Origin: Prorocentrum cordatum
Taxonomy: Eukaryota
Assembly: GCA_963575745.1 (NCBI GenBank)
Contig: CAUYUJ010000059.1
Location: 496,001-560,000 of the forward strand
Direction of reading: 5' to 3'
DNA: 64,000 nucleotides
Shown one piece after another: positions 26,409 through 39,294 of this stretch. A model generated the notes under the pieces. That model worked only from the letters and a program-made list of their open reading frames with translations, was not told where the DNA came from and made no database searches. The translations under genes and the position numbers were made by a program. The stretch's first letter is position 1. Each line of letters starts with the position of its first letter.

Positions 26409-26584
26409 TGGCCCGGGCGGTGGGCGGGCGGCCCCAGCGGCCCCCCGGGGCAGGCCAGGGGCACGTCGCTTGCGCTGGAGGTGGGCCTTTCCCGCCTCCC
26501 TCCTCGTCACACCTGCCTCCGACTCCTTCCACCCCTTTTCCTCTTGTTTCCTCCTCCTCCTGGACTCTCTGTGGGCCTCACCCT

Positions 26585-26660
26585 TTAAAATTGGGACGAT
26601 GCAGAGAAAATTGGCATGACCCCTGCCCAAGGATGACACACAAATCGAGAAGTGTACACA
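26585..26660 (+). ncRNA. U6: U6 snRNA-derived sequence, probably a pseudogene or variant
   Basis: AAAATTGGGACGATGCAGAGAAAATTGGCATGACCCCTGCCCAAGGATGACAC matches the conserved U6 core, with substitutions in the ACAGAGA box, the AGC triad and the ISL loop. No oligo-T terminator. Confidence 0.85.
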
Positions 26661-27393
26661 TGCTTCACGGCCACGCTCCACCTCCTCCTCCTCCTCATCC
26701 TCCTCTCCTCCTCCTCCTCCTCCTCCTCCTCCTCCTCCTCCTCCTCCTCCTCCTAGACGGGCGCCCTTTAACTCTACCGCAGCAGCTAGATGCCCTCAAA
26801 GCGGCATTAGCCAGAATGCCAAACAATTGCTCGACGGTACCCCCTCCGCCCAACACGGCTAGGCCATACAGGTGGCTCAGGCCGAGGCGTCGAGGTTGAG
26901 TCGTTGACGAACTCTGCGGAAGGTACTGGCGCTCCTCTTCCTCCTCCTCGTCCTCCTCCTCATCATCATCATTATCATCAGCATAATCATCAGCATCATC
27001 AGCAGCAGCATCATCATCAGCAGCATCATCAGCATCAGCATCAGCACCATCCTCATCATCATCAGCATCATCATCCTCATCATGCTCGTTATTAACATCA
27101 TAAGCGTACTCATCATCATCGTCATCATCATCATCAGCAGCAGCATCAGCATCAGCATCAGCATCAGCATCAGCATCATCATCATCATCATCGTCGTCGT
27201 CGTCGTCATCATCATCAGCATCCTCGGTTCCTCGGTTCCTAAAGGCATGAAAGTCCTCAGACGTTGCCGCTTCGCTTAGGGAGGCCTGGTCGGGCCCCCT
27301 TGGGGGAGCAGTACACAGAGAAGAAGATTTGGGACCCAGGTCCCGCAGGCAGACGGGAGGAGGAGGAAGAAGGAGAGACCATCACACCTCATA

Positions 27394-27570
27394 CAGTCGG
27401 GGCACTGAGGAAGGAACCCTTTTCGTTGGGGAGGGGCTCGGTGTTCCTTAGTTGTTTTGCAGCTTGCCTCAGGTTTTCCTTATGTTTTCGATTGGAAATC
27501 GAAGTTTGACTTATTGAAAAAAAGGGGCCTCGTTCCTTATTTAGGGTTCCTTAGGTCAACGCCCCGACTG
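27394..27570. mobile_element. Tc1/mariner-type MITE (family B)
   Basis: TA|CAGTCGGGGC ... GCCCCGACTG|TA; closely similar copy at 62907-63082. Confidence 0.85.
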
Positions 27571-30500
27571 TAATAACGCCAGGAGGACAAAGGGAAACCG
27601 TGGGAATCTGGGGCGGCCGCGTGGCGTGGCGGAGCGCGGCGCGTGGGAGGCCCCTGGGGGCCGCTGGTTTAGGGCCCTGCTCCCTGCTGGGTCCCCTGGC
27701 CACGTAGGGCCAGGGGACCCAGCAGGGCCTCTCCCTCCCCCGCAGGGGCGCCCCGTGTGTCCGAGGAAGGAGGGAGGCGAGGAGGTGCAGGCGGCTGAAA
27801 GTGACGATGAGGTGGACGGGGGGGGGGCGCGGGGGGCCCTCCGGTGCTCGGGTTGCCGTGGCCGTTGGGCCTCCAGCTCAAGGCAGCTCGAGGGGAGAGG
27901 GGAGAAAGGGCAGGGCGAGGAGCGCTGTTGCAGCAGGAGGCGAGGGGCGTTGCAGTGGCAGCCTGTGGGTGTGGGAAGCAGGCGGCCTGGGCGGCAGAAG
28001 AGGCCGCGGGGCCCCCTTTGGGGTGCCGCTTGCAGCGGGGGGGGCCCAAGGGCCTTCTGTCCACTGGAATCCCCCACAGGTGTCCCAGAGGCCGACGGCG
28101 GGATCCTTCGCCTGCACGCAGGCGTAGGGCTCCCAGCACGTCGGCCTCTGGGCCGCCTGGGGGGGGATTCACCAAGCGTGAGGGAGGTTTGGGCCCTCCC
28201 CCATCGGCAGCTTAGCGGCGGCGCCGACCACGCTCGCCAAGGTAGGTGGCAGAAAGGCCTCACCCCCTGCACATCGGAAGCCCCCCTAAGCGACCACCAT
28301 CCCCATGGTTGGTACCCTCCCTCGCCGAGGCAGGAGTAGGGTACGCAGACCATGGGAGTGGTGGCTGCTTAGGGGGATTCCACCGTGCGTGGGAGTGGTT
28401 TCCCTCCTCCCTCCTGCGACTCCGACTCCGACTCCTCTTCCTCCTCCTCCTCCTCATCCTCCTCCTCCTCCTCATCCTCCTCCTCCTCCTCCCTTCTCAT
28501 ATTCCCTCTTCATCATCTGCGTCCTCCCACGGGTGAGCTGCTGTAGGAACGTCTTTGCGCGCGGGTCCCGGTTCGCCACCCGCGCTTTCTGCATTTTAGG
28601 CAGCAGGTCAGCGAAAGTGTACAGCACCCTGCCAAAGCAGATAACCAGCAGACAGTGCATCGTGGTTGACGATGCTGCTGCTGAGAACTGCACACGCGGG
28701 CGTGCACGTCGGGCTGCTCCTAGATGGTTGATCCTAGTGCTCTCAGGAGGGCTTGATTTCGAGGGTTTCAACTTCCCTGTCGAGTCGTTCTCCGAAAAAC
28801 GCTCACACTTCGGGGCTCCTACTTGTGGTCTGAGGCAGTGGCATTGGCCTCTGGGCATTACGTAAGTTATCGGCGGTTATCGCACCATTATCGTTCGAAT
28901 CCTACCATTGAACGCGTTTGCTGGGGTTCCTCACGATGGGGCCCCATATTAGAGAGGTTCCATAACATGGGTTCCCACACAATCGAGTCCCACGCCGCAG
29001 GGTCACACATGATGGGTCCCACGCGACAGGGCCCTACGCGCTAGGGTCCCACATGAAAGGATTCCCATCCGATAGCCACCCGATGGGGTCCCTCCCACAG
29101 ACAGGGTCTCAGAAGACAGGCGCGTCGTCTCGGCCACAGCTTGCGATCAGATGATGAGTCCCTTGAAGGGCTCCCTTGAGATGCCAGCGCGTGGACGTGT
29201 GGAGCCCTAGGTGTAAGGAACCCTACGCCTATGTGTGTGTGTTGGTGGGGGAAGGAAGCCGTGTCGGTCGAAGCTGGGCCACGGCAGTCCACGCAACAAC
29301 GGCCAGCCCCTAGACCCAGGTCCGGCTCACGACAGCGGAAGCCGGGACTTGCAGCGTCCGAGCTTTGTTCCCCTCGAAACAGCTTGTCCTTAAGGAGTCC
29401 CACACGCTTACTTCTCGGAAGTAAGCGCATCGGACTCCTAGGAGGAGGAGGAGGAGGAGGAGGAGGAGGAGGAGGAGGAGGAGGAGGAGGAGGAGGAGGA
29501 GGAGGGGGTCGCGTGATCCAGAATCGGTGCTGCGTCACTGTCTCCCGCCGTCGCGGGCCGTCTCCCGCTGCCTCCCGCTGGGCTCCCGTGGGCTCCCGTG
29601 GGCCTCCCGCGGTCTCCCGTGTGGTCTCCCTTTGGCCCCCCGTCGTCTCCCGCTGCCTGCCGTGGTCCCCCGCTGCCTCCCACCGCCTCCCGCTGTCCGG
29701 CTGCATCACCCCTGGGAGTCTCCGTCGATGCCCCTCCTCGGAAACTGGAGCATATGCTCCAGATTTCGTGATAAAAGGGAGGGGGTCTCAACCCTCCCAG
29801 ACGAGAAGTTTTAGACCCTCCCAGACCGTCCATGAAAGGGTGGCCCTTTGCCCAGACCCCCCCGAAACCTCCAAGACAGCTCAAACCAGACTCCCCCCAA
29901 ATGTGACCCCCCCGACTTTATCATGGAATCCGGAGTACATTACCAGTGGCGGGCGGTTCTTCAATCCCAGGACTTTTTTGAGCGTCGGGGACGACGTCGG
30001 GGTGGTGTGGTGTGTGCTTGTTTCCCCGCTCTCCCGTGGCAAGGACGAAACATGTACACACCAAAACCCCGCATACACCAATATCCGCTTTCCTGTGCGA
30101 GTTTCGGTGCGGTGCTGGACAAAGCGTCGGTGTATAGAGTTCGGCTCCTTACTTCCCTCAGCTACAGAGTGAAGTTGCTCGTGGTCTTCTGCCGCACAGG
30201 CGTCTCTCGTGAGATTGTGACCACATGACCCGGTCGCCTATGAATTTCCCCACGTGCGCCCAGATGCCAGGGTCACCGAAGGGTTTCTTTGGTTGCCGTC
30301 AGGGGACAGGATTCCTTGAGGATTTCCTCATGTGCGATCAGATGTTAGTGCCACCTGAGGGCCCTGAGGCAGCCTGAAGATACATTTATCTGTGATCGGA
30401 TGATGGGTCCCCTGGTTGAGCTCCTTCATTGATGGTGGGCCCCCCTGAGGATTTCATTGATTGTTTGCTACCAGATGAGGGGGTCCCCACCTGCAGGGTC

Positions 30501-30655
30501 CAGCCGTTAGGGTCCCATCAGCATGGCCCCGTCCGTAGATGGTACACCATGGGTGTCACCCGACAGAATGGGCCGTGTTGTATAGATTCTCCTTTTTAAA
30601 AAGAGAATAGACTCTACCCCCCCCCCGACTTAACGCTTCCCCCTGGGATAGTATA

Positions 30656-30698
<43 letters not shown>

Positions 30699-30937
30699 TC
30701 GTCAATCCTAAGTATGAAATTATATCATCCCAGCTAGGCCGGTATCCCCCCCTGAGGTTCCCTTGTAAAAAACACTAGGCGGTGACATTTGTTGTTCTAA
30801 CATAACACTTTTTCACGAATCCCTTGCAAAAAATGGGACGAAGTGCACACGCGCGCGTCGTCGCGCGCGCATGCCGAAATCCTTCAAAAACCTTCGGTGC
30901 CGGAAGGATTTCGCAATCGAGTTCCCAAACACATACA

Positions 30938-32549
30938 AATATCTTGGCGAAGGACCCAACCATATGCTGTTGCGGGTACCGCAATTGTGAAAATCTTCTT
31001 CCGTGAAACTCCCTATGGGGCCACGAAGCGCTGCATTGGGTGGGGGGGAACGCTGTTCTGGGTGAGTGGTGTGTCAAGTAAGGTTTCCGGGACGCATGCG
31101 GACGGTCCCACTGGGAGCTTCGGTGGAGCTCCCTGTGGGGCCACGAAACGCTGTACTGGGTAAGTGAAAATGCCAAATTGGGCCTCTGGGACGCATGCGG
31201 ACGGTCCCACTGGAGGCTTCGGCGGAACTCCCTATGGGGCCACGAAACGCTGTACTGGGTGGGCGAAAATGCCAAATTAGGCTTCCGGGACGCATGCGGA
31301 CGGTCCCACTGGGGGGGGGCTTCGGTGGAGCTCACTATTGTATTGGGTAGGTAAAAATGCCACGTTGGGTTTTCGGGACGCATGCGGACGGTGGCACTGG
31401 GGCCTTCGGTGGAGTTCCCTACGGGGCCACGAAATTTTAGTTTGGGTGGGTGAAAATGCCACATTGGGTGCTTCGGGACGCTTGCGGACGGTCCCACTGG
31501 GCCCTTCGGTGGAGCTCCCTGTGGGGACATGAAACAATGCACTGGATGGTGAAAATGCCACGTTAGGTGTGCGGGACGCATGCGGACGGTGGCACTGGGG
31601 CCTTCGGTGGAGCTCCCTGTGGGGCCAAGAAACGTTGTAATGGGTGGGTGAAAATGCCACATTGGATGTTTCAGGACGCACTTCCCACTGGGGGCTTCGG
31701 TGAGGCTCCCTATGTGGCCACGAAACGCTGTACTGAGTGGGGGGGGACGCATGTGGACGGTAGCACTGTGACCTTCGGTGGGGCTCCCTATGGGGCCACG
31801 AAACGCTGTACTGAGTGGGGGGGACGCATGTGGACGGTGGCACTGGGGCCTTCGGTGGAGCTCCTTATGGGGCCACGAAACGCTGTACTGAGTGGGGGGG
31901 ACGCATGTGGACGGTGGCACTGGGGCCTTCGGTGGAGCTCCCTATGGGGCCACGAAACGCTGTACTGAGTGGGGGGGACGCATGTGGACGGTGGCACTGG
32001 GGCCTTCGGAGCTCCCTATGGGGCCCACGAAACGCTGCACTGAGTGGGTGGTGGACGGTGGCACTGGGGCCTTCGGTGGAGCTCCCTATGGGGCCACGAA
32101 GCGCTGTACTGACTGGGGGGGACGCATGTGGACGGTGGCACTGGGGCCTTCGGTGGAGCTCCCTATGGGGCCACGAAACGCTGTACTGAGTGGGGGGGGC
32201 GCATGTGGACGGTGGCACTGGGGCCTTCGGTGGAGCTCCCTATGGGGCCACGAAGCGCTGTACCGAGTGGGGGTGACGCATGTGGACGGTGGAACTGGGG
32301 CGTTCCGTGGGGCTCCCTATGGGGCCACGAAACGCTGTACTGAGTGGGGGTGACGCATGTGGACGTAGCACTGGGGCTTTCGGTGGAGCTCCGTATGGGG
32401 CCATGAAACGCTGTACTGAGTGGGGGGACGCATGTGGACGGTGGCATTGGGAACGGGAGAAGGAGGGGGAGGAGGAGGAGAGGAGAGGAGGAGGAACGCG
32501 GGGACGGTCTGTTCAAAACGAGGACCCAACACTACAGGTTGGTTGGGAA
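30938..32549 (-). mobile_element. Helitron2/Helentron-like element (subfamily 2) with a 77-120-bp tandem array
   Basis: Ends TGGCGAAGGACCCAACCATATGC and AAAACGAGGACCCAAC..GGTTGGGAA. Confidence 0.65.
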
Positions 32550-32842
32550 AAACACAGGGTTTCGCAACACTGAGTTGCTAAAAAAGCTTCCGCGCGAGCT
32601 CTTGCGAAATCTGAAGAAAACCATTGGTTTTTCAAAATTTTCACAAAATGCTACCAAACGGGCGTCGCGCGCGCGCATGTCGAAATCTGTCGAACGCCCT
32701 TGCGCGTGTGCCGTCGCGAGAATCCTCTGCAAAAAATAAGGCGAAGTGCAGACGCGCGCGTCGTCGCGCGTACGCCGAAATCCTTCAGAACCCATCGGTT
32801 TCGGAAGGATGTCGAGCTCGCGCGTCCAAAAAAAAACTTACA

Positions 32843-34745
32843 ATTAGCCTGGCGAAGGACCCAACCATATGCAGTTGTGAGTAATGCTGGTGTGAGTACC
32901 GTCTTCGGTGGATCTCCCTATGTGGCCACGAAACGTGTGAGGGGTGTGCCGAAATGGGTGTGGGGGCGGCATGCGAACGTTGCCACTGGTGCCTTCGGTG
33001 GAGCTCCTTATGAGGCCACGAAACGTGTGAGGGGTGCACCGAAGTTGGTGTGGGGGCGGCATGCGAACGCAGCCACTGGGGCCTTCGGTGGAGCTCCCTG
33101 TGGGGCCACGAAACGTGTGAGGGGTGTGCCGAAATTGGTGTGGGGGCGGCATGCGAACGCAGCCACTGGGGCCTTCGGTGGAGCTCCCTATGGTGCCACG
33201 AAACGTGTGAGGGGTGTGCCGAAATGGGTGTGGGGGCGCATGCGAACCCAGTCACTGGGGCCTTCAATGGAAATCCCCATGGGGCCACGAAACGTGTGAG
33301 GGATGTGCCGACATGGGTGTTGGGGAGGCATACGAACCAGGCCACTGGGGCCTTCGGTGGAGCTCCCTATGGGGCCACGAAACGTGTGAGGGGTGTGCCG
33401 AAATGGGTGGTGGGGAGGCATGCGAACGCAGCCACTGGGGCCTTCGGTGGAGCTCCCTATGGGGCCACGAAACGTGTGAGGGGTGTGCCGAAATGGGTGG
33501 TGGGGAGCATGCGAACCCTGCCACTGGGGCCTTCGGTGGAGCTCCCTATGGGGCCACGAAACGTGTGAGGGGTGTGCCGAAATGGGTGGTGGGGAGGCAT
33601 GCGAACCCTGCCACTGGGGCCTTCGGTGGAGCTCCCTATGGGGCCACGAAACGTGTGAGGGGTGTGCCGAAATGGGTGGTGGGGAGGCATGCGAACCCTG
33701 CCACTGGGGCCTTCGGTGGAGCTCCCTATGGGGCCACGAAACGTGTGAGGGGTGTGCCGAAATGGTGGTGGGGAGGCATGCGAACCTGCCACTGGGGCCT
33801 TCGGTGGAGCTCCCTATGGGGCCACGAAACGTGTGAGGGGTGTGCCGAAATGGGTGGTGGGGAGGCATGCGAACGCAGCCACTGGGGCCTTCGGTGGAGC
33901 TCCCTATGGGGCCACGAAACGTGTGAGGGGTGTGCCGAAATGGGTGGTGGGGAGGCCACTGGGGCCTTCGGTGGAGCTCCCGATGGGCCACGAAACGTGT
34001 GAGGGGTGTGCCGAAATGGGTGGGGGGGGCATGCGAACCCTGCCACTGGGGCCTTCGGTGGATGGGGCCACGAAACGTGTGAGGGGTGTGCCGAAATGCA
34101 TGCGAACCCTGCCACTGGGGCCTTCGGTGGAGCTCCCTATGGGGCCACGAAACGTGTGAGGGGTGTGCCGAAATGTGTGGTGGGGAGGCATGCGAACCCT
34201 GCCACTGGGGCCTCGGTGGAGCCCCCTATGGGGCCACGAAGCGTGTGAGGGGTGTGCCGAAATGGGGGTGGGGAGACATGCGAACCCTGCCACTGGGGCC
34301 TTCGGTGGAGCTCCCTATGGGGCCACGAAACGTGTGAGGGGTGTGCCGAAATGGGTGGTGGGGAGGCATGCGAACCCTGCCACTGGGGCTTTCGGTGGAG
34401 CTCCCTATGGGGCCACGAAACGCGCGAGGGGTGTGCCGAAATGGGTGGTGGGGAGGCATGCGAACCTTGCCATTGGGGCCTTCGGTGGGGCTCCCTATGG
34501 GGCCACGAAACGTGTGAGGGGTGTGCCGACATGGGTGGTGGGGAGGCATGCGAACTTTGCCACTGGGGCCTTCGGTGGAGCTCCCTATGGGGCTACGAAA
34601 CGTGTGAGGGGTGTGCCGAAATGGGTGGTGGGGAGGCATGCGAACCCTGAGGGAGGAGGGGGAGGAGGAGGAGGAGGAGGAGGAGGAGGAACGCGGGGCA
34701 CCGTCTCTCCAAAACGAAGACCCAACACCACAGGATGGTTGGGAA
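32843..34745 (-). mobile_element. Helitron2/Helentron-like element (subfamily 2) with a 90-bp tandem array (~19 units)
   Basis: Same termini; 90-bp period (GCCACGAAAC at ~32925, 33015, 33105, 33195). Confidence 0.65.
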
Positions 34746-34799
34746 AAACCTAGGGTTTCGCAACACGGATTTTTAACAAAAGCGTGCGCGCGCGTTCTT

Positions 34800-35310
34800 G
34801 CGTCGTCGTCGTCGTCGCCGTCCTCCCTCATCCCGCGTCGTCGTCGTCGTCGTCGCCTTCGTCGTCCTCTGTCTTTCCTCGTGCTCGTCGTCGTCGTCCT
34901 CTTTGGCGTCGTGGTCGTTTCCGTCGTCGTTGTCGCCGTGGTCGTCCTTCCTCCTCCCTGGTCGTCGTCGTCGTCCGTCGTCGGCGTCTCGTCGTCGTCC
35001 CTCCTATTTCGTCGCCGTCGTCGTCGTCGTTGTCGTCGTCTTCCCTCCTCCCTCGTCGTTGTCGTCGTCGGCGTCGCCGTCCTTCCTCCTTCGTCGTCGT
35101 TCGCGTCGTCGCCGTCCTCCCTCCTCCCTCGTCGTTGTCGTCGTTGTCGTCGTTGTCGCCGTCGTCGTCCTTCCTCCCTCGTCGTCGCCTTCGTTGGTGT
35201 CGTCGTTGTCGTCTTCGTCGTCGTCGGCGTCGGCGTCGTTGTCGTCGTCGAAGTCGTCGGAGACGTCGTCGGTGTCGTCCTAGTCGTTGTCGTCGGTGTC
35301 GTCGTAGTCG
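34800..35310. repeat. Imperfect (GTC)n tract
   Basis: Read directly. Confidence 0.9.
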
Positions 35311-36667
35311 GTCTGAACAGGTTTTGCAAACCAAGTTGCGGGTTGGTGGGTGGGATGTTTGCACGAGCAGTGGAGAGGACAGCTTCAAGACAGTCAAAGT
35401 GGATTGCACCCGAAAGATTGCGCGAGGACTCGAACTCGTGCCCGCGCTGGCAGCACTGCAGTTGCATGTCTGGTCTTCTTATGGGCGGTTTGGGGACAGG
35501 TTGCATCACAACAGTGCAACATTAGGATCGAACCATCATGTAGAGCCCCCGGCGCCTAGGGAGCACTGAATCAATTGTGTGAGCGCGACGTGTAGCGAAA
35601 ATGTGTCGCCCCATTTCCAGGTCAACATAACAATTGCCGAGTCATTATTCTCGCCGTCATCATCGCCATTGTCATCGCAACACGGTTTTACCATTGTCTG
35701 CCATTAGTTATCGTCATCATTGTGAGCATCGTCGCCATAATCGGCATCATCATGTTGGGGAGTTCCAATCAAAGTCAACATGCCAACATCCAAACAGAGG
35801 CACGGATCTAATCATTCTCCATTGGACGCCAATGGGATTGAACGCGCCAGCGTGGAAAAGCACAATGTTGGGTTTTGCATGTCCTGGACGTGCTACATGC
35901 GTTGGCGCAGGGATGATGGGCCCGATCGGGATGACCAGCTTGAGCGGAGATCTTTGCCCTGAGTAGTGCTGTCGCGCCGTGCGCGAGCCCAGACATGGTC
36001 AGCGCCGCGCGCAAAGTAAAGTTGAAGGGTAGAGGAGCAGTGGTTTTACTGGTGGAGGGGGCATCCGCAGAGCAGGTGTCGACGCTGTGATACACACCGC
36101 GTCGCGGACGGTACTGCCAGACGAACCATCGAACGACAGAAGTTCGGGCGCGTGGGCCACGAGGCTGGAGCTCGCCGCCGTGGTCGCGCACGGATCCTCC
36201 TCCCACGTTCTCGCTCATCCTCCTCATGAACATCCTCGTTATCCCTATCCTCCTGGCCCTCGTCCGCGGTCTCCGCCCTGACACCCACCTGCGCCTGTTC
36301 TTCCATCTCACTTCGCACCTCGTCCTCGTCCTTCTCGTTTTCTCGTCCACGCCCTACTCTCTCCTCTCTCTTCTTGCCTCTCCTCTCGTGGTCCTCACCA
36401 TCTTCCTCCATCGTCCATCCTCGCCCTCCCCGTCCTCCTCATCCTCCTTTGGGGACTCTCGCGTTGGGGCCGCCTTGAGTCTTTCTTGGAGCTCTCTTTG
36501 AACATCTTGGGACCTTGGGGCGCCGTCTTGGGCCTTTTCGGATGGTCCTGGGGCCCTCCAGAGGCTGCCTTGGGGCAATGTTGGGGCCGTATTGGGTCAT
36601 CGGCCGTATTGGGCCATCCTGGCACCCTTTTACGCCCCTCATGGCGCCATCTTCCTCTCATTGCAGT

Positions 36668-36697
36668 CCTGTTTCGCTCAGGCCATCTCGGCCTCAG
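36668..36697 (+). other. Two tandem degenerate spliced-leader relics upstream of the channel ATG
   Basis: CCTGTTTCGCTCAGG and CCATCTCGGCCTCAG match CCATTTTGGCTCAAG at 11/15 and 10/15, just after TTGCAG. Confidence 0.5.
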
Positions 36698-36746
36698 CTG
36701 CGCGCCCCACCGGCAACCTTCCGCAGCCCGCCCCGACTTCGCCAGG

Positions 36747-37193
36747 ATGGGGCGCACCCCACGTGCGCACGCGGTGTCATCTTCCTCACCGAGACTGCGG
36801 GCGTCGTCGCACAGCCCCAAGAATAGCCCCAGGGGCGGCTCCCAGCAGGGCGCACCCAAGTCGCCCAGAGACCGCCGCCAGGCGCCCGTGCCGCCCATCG
36901 CTGCGACCCAGCTCGATGCGGCGTGGCACCGCGCGGCCGCGCGGCAGGAGCGGAAGCCCACCGACGGGATGCTCGGGGATGACTTCGGCGAGCCCCTGTC
37001 GTTCCGGTCGCAGCTGGCCAAGTTCCAGCAGTACCTGCAGCCGGAGGAGCTCTTGGACGCCAGCAACTCTGCCAGGCAGCCCCCCCCGAGGCCGGGCCAG
37101 CTCGGGCAGGCGCCCGCCTCCCTGCACGGCCAGCTGGAGCAGGCCCTCGCGCGGCACGCGGCGGCGCTGCAAGAGACCGCGGCGCAGCACAAG
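36747..37193 (+). CDS. Exon 1 of a single-domain voltage-gated cation channel gene (low-complexity/coiled N-terminus)
   Basis: ATG at 36747, 149 GC3-rich codons ending ...QETAAQHK, then AAG|GC donor at 37194. Joins in phase 0 to the exon at 39869. SL-like relics lie just upstream. Confidence 0.65.
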
Positions 37194-37195
37194 GC

Positions 37196-39196
37196 GTGAG
37201 TCGGCCTGTCCCTCTACAGAGGGAAGATCTGAGAGCAGTGAAAAAATCAGCCTGACGAAGGACCCAACCATGTGCAGGTGTGTGTACCGCACTCGTGATT
37301 CACTTTTCCGGTGGTGATCCCTATGAGGCAACGAACCGTGCTAGGGGTGTGCCGAAATGAGTGGCGTGGTACACAACGCGAACGAAAAGGATTGATCTGA
37401 GTACGTAGGGAGACCGAGCGCGGGCGAATCTGAGCGCGAGTGCGTCTGATTGTGAATGAATCTGCGTGCGAGCGAGTCTACGTGCATGAATGCGAGTATG
37501 ACAAAGCATGGTGTAGTTGTATATGAATGTCAATAGTTTGAGAATGACTGCCTCTGAGTACTCGTGACGCTGGGCCTGGGACTCCCCGCCGGCATCGCCC
37601 GCGCGCCGCGACGCCAATGTCGGCGCGCCCCCACGCGAGGATCGCGCCCGCTTCCTCCCCTTTTTTTACTCCCTCTTTGCCCGCGCACTCAAAAGTCCAA
37701 GGTTGCGGGCGCAGCGCAGCGCGGAGTCGCCGCGACGCGCGCAGGTCGCCCCGGAGGGGTCCCAGCGACGCGCGCGGGTCGTCCGCTGCGCGGAGCAAAG
37801 AGAGGTAGATGGCTGGCTGATAGCGGGCAAGGCTCTTGCCGCTGGGCAGAGCGACGACGGGCGAGCGAGGCGCGGAACCCCGACGGCCTCCGACGGAGGT
37901 GTACTGGGTGGGGGGGGTGACGCATGCGGACTGCGCCACGGGGGCCTTCGGTGGAGCTCCCTCTGGTGCCACGACACGCTGTACTGGGTGGGGGAACCGC
38001 ATGCGGACAGCGACACGGGGACCTTCGGCGGAGCCCCTATGGGGCCACGACACGCTGTACTGGGTGAGGAAGACGCATGCGGACTGCGCCACGGGGACAT
38101 TCAGTGGGGTTCCATATGGGGCCACGACACGCGGCACTGGGCGCGGGAGACGCATGTGGACTGCGCCACGGGAACCTTCGGTGGAGCCCCTATGGGGCCA
38201 CGACACGCTGTACTGGGTGGGGGAGACGCATGCGGACTGCGCCACGGGGACCTTCGGTGGAGCTCCCTATGGGGCCACGACGACGCTGGACTGGGTGAGG
38301 GAGACGCATGCGGACTGCGACACGGGGACTTTCTCTGGAGCCCCTATGGGGCCACGAAACGCTGTACTGGGTGGGGAAGACGCATGCGGACTGCGCCACG
38401 GCGACCTTCGGTGGCGCTTCCCGTGGGGCCACGAAACGCTGTACTGGGTGGGGAAGACGCATGCGGACTGCGCCACGGGGACCTTCGGTGGAGCCCCATA
38501 TGGGGCCACGAAACGCTGTACTGGGTGGGGGAGACGCATGCGGACTGCGCCACGGCGACCTTCTCTGGCGCCCCCTATGGGGCAACGAAACGCTGTACTG
38601 GGTGGGGGAGACGCATGCGGACTGCGCCACGGAGACCTTCGGTGGCGCTCCCTATGGGGCCACGACACGCTGGACTGGGTGAGGGAGACGCATGCGGACT
38701 GCGACACGGGGACCTTCGGTGGAGCCCCTCTGGGGCCACGAAACGCTGTACTGGGTGGGGAAGACGCATGCGGACTGCGCCACGGGGACTTTCGGTGGAG
38801 CCCGTATGGGGCCACGACACGCTGTACTGGGTGGAGGAGACGCATGCGGACTACGCCACGGAGACCTTCGGTGGAGCTCCCTATGGGGCCACGACACGCT
38901 GTACTGGGTGAGGGAGACGCATGCGGACTGCGCCACCGGGACCTTCGGTGGAGCCCCGATAGGGCCACGAAGCGCTGTACTGGGTGAGGGAGACGCATGC
39001 GGACTGCGCCACGGGGACCTTTGGTGGCGCTCGGTGGCGTTCCCCGTGGGGCCACGAAGCGCTGCACTGGGGGGTGATGATGATGATGTTGATGATGATG
39101 ATGCTGATGATGATGAGTACAACGGTGACGATGATGACGATGATGTTGATGGTAATGATGATGATGATGATGGATGATGACGATGATGATGATGAC

Positions 39197-39294
<98 letters not shown>

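Noticed and set aside
37196..37201. Canonical GTGAGT donor for channel intron 1
   Set aside because: I found no AG near the exon 2 boundary that restores the frame with this donor; the GC donor 2 nt upstream does.
30775..39177. Many 100-400-aa ORFs on both strands over the tandem arrays
   Set aside because: They arise from stop-poor GC-rich tandem repeats.
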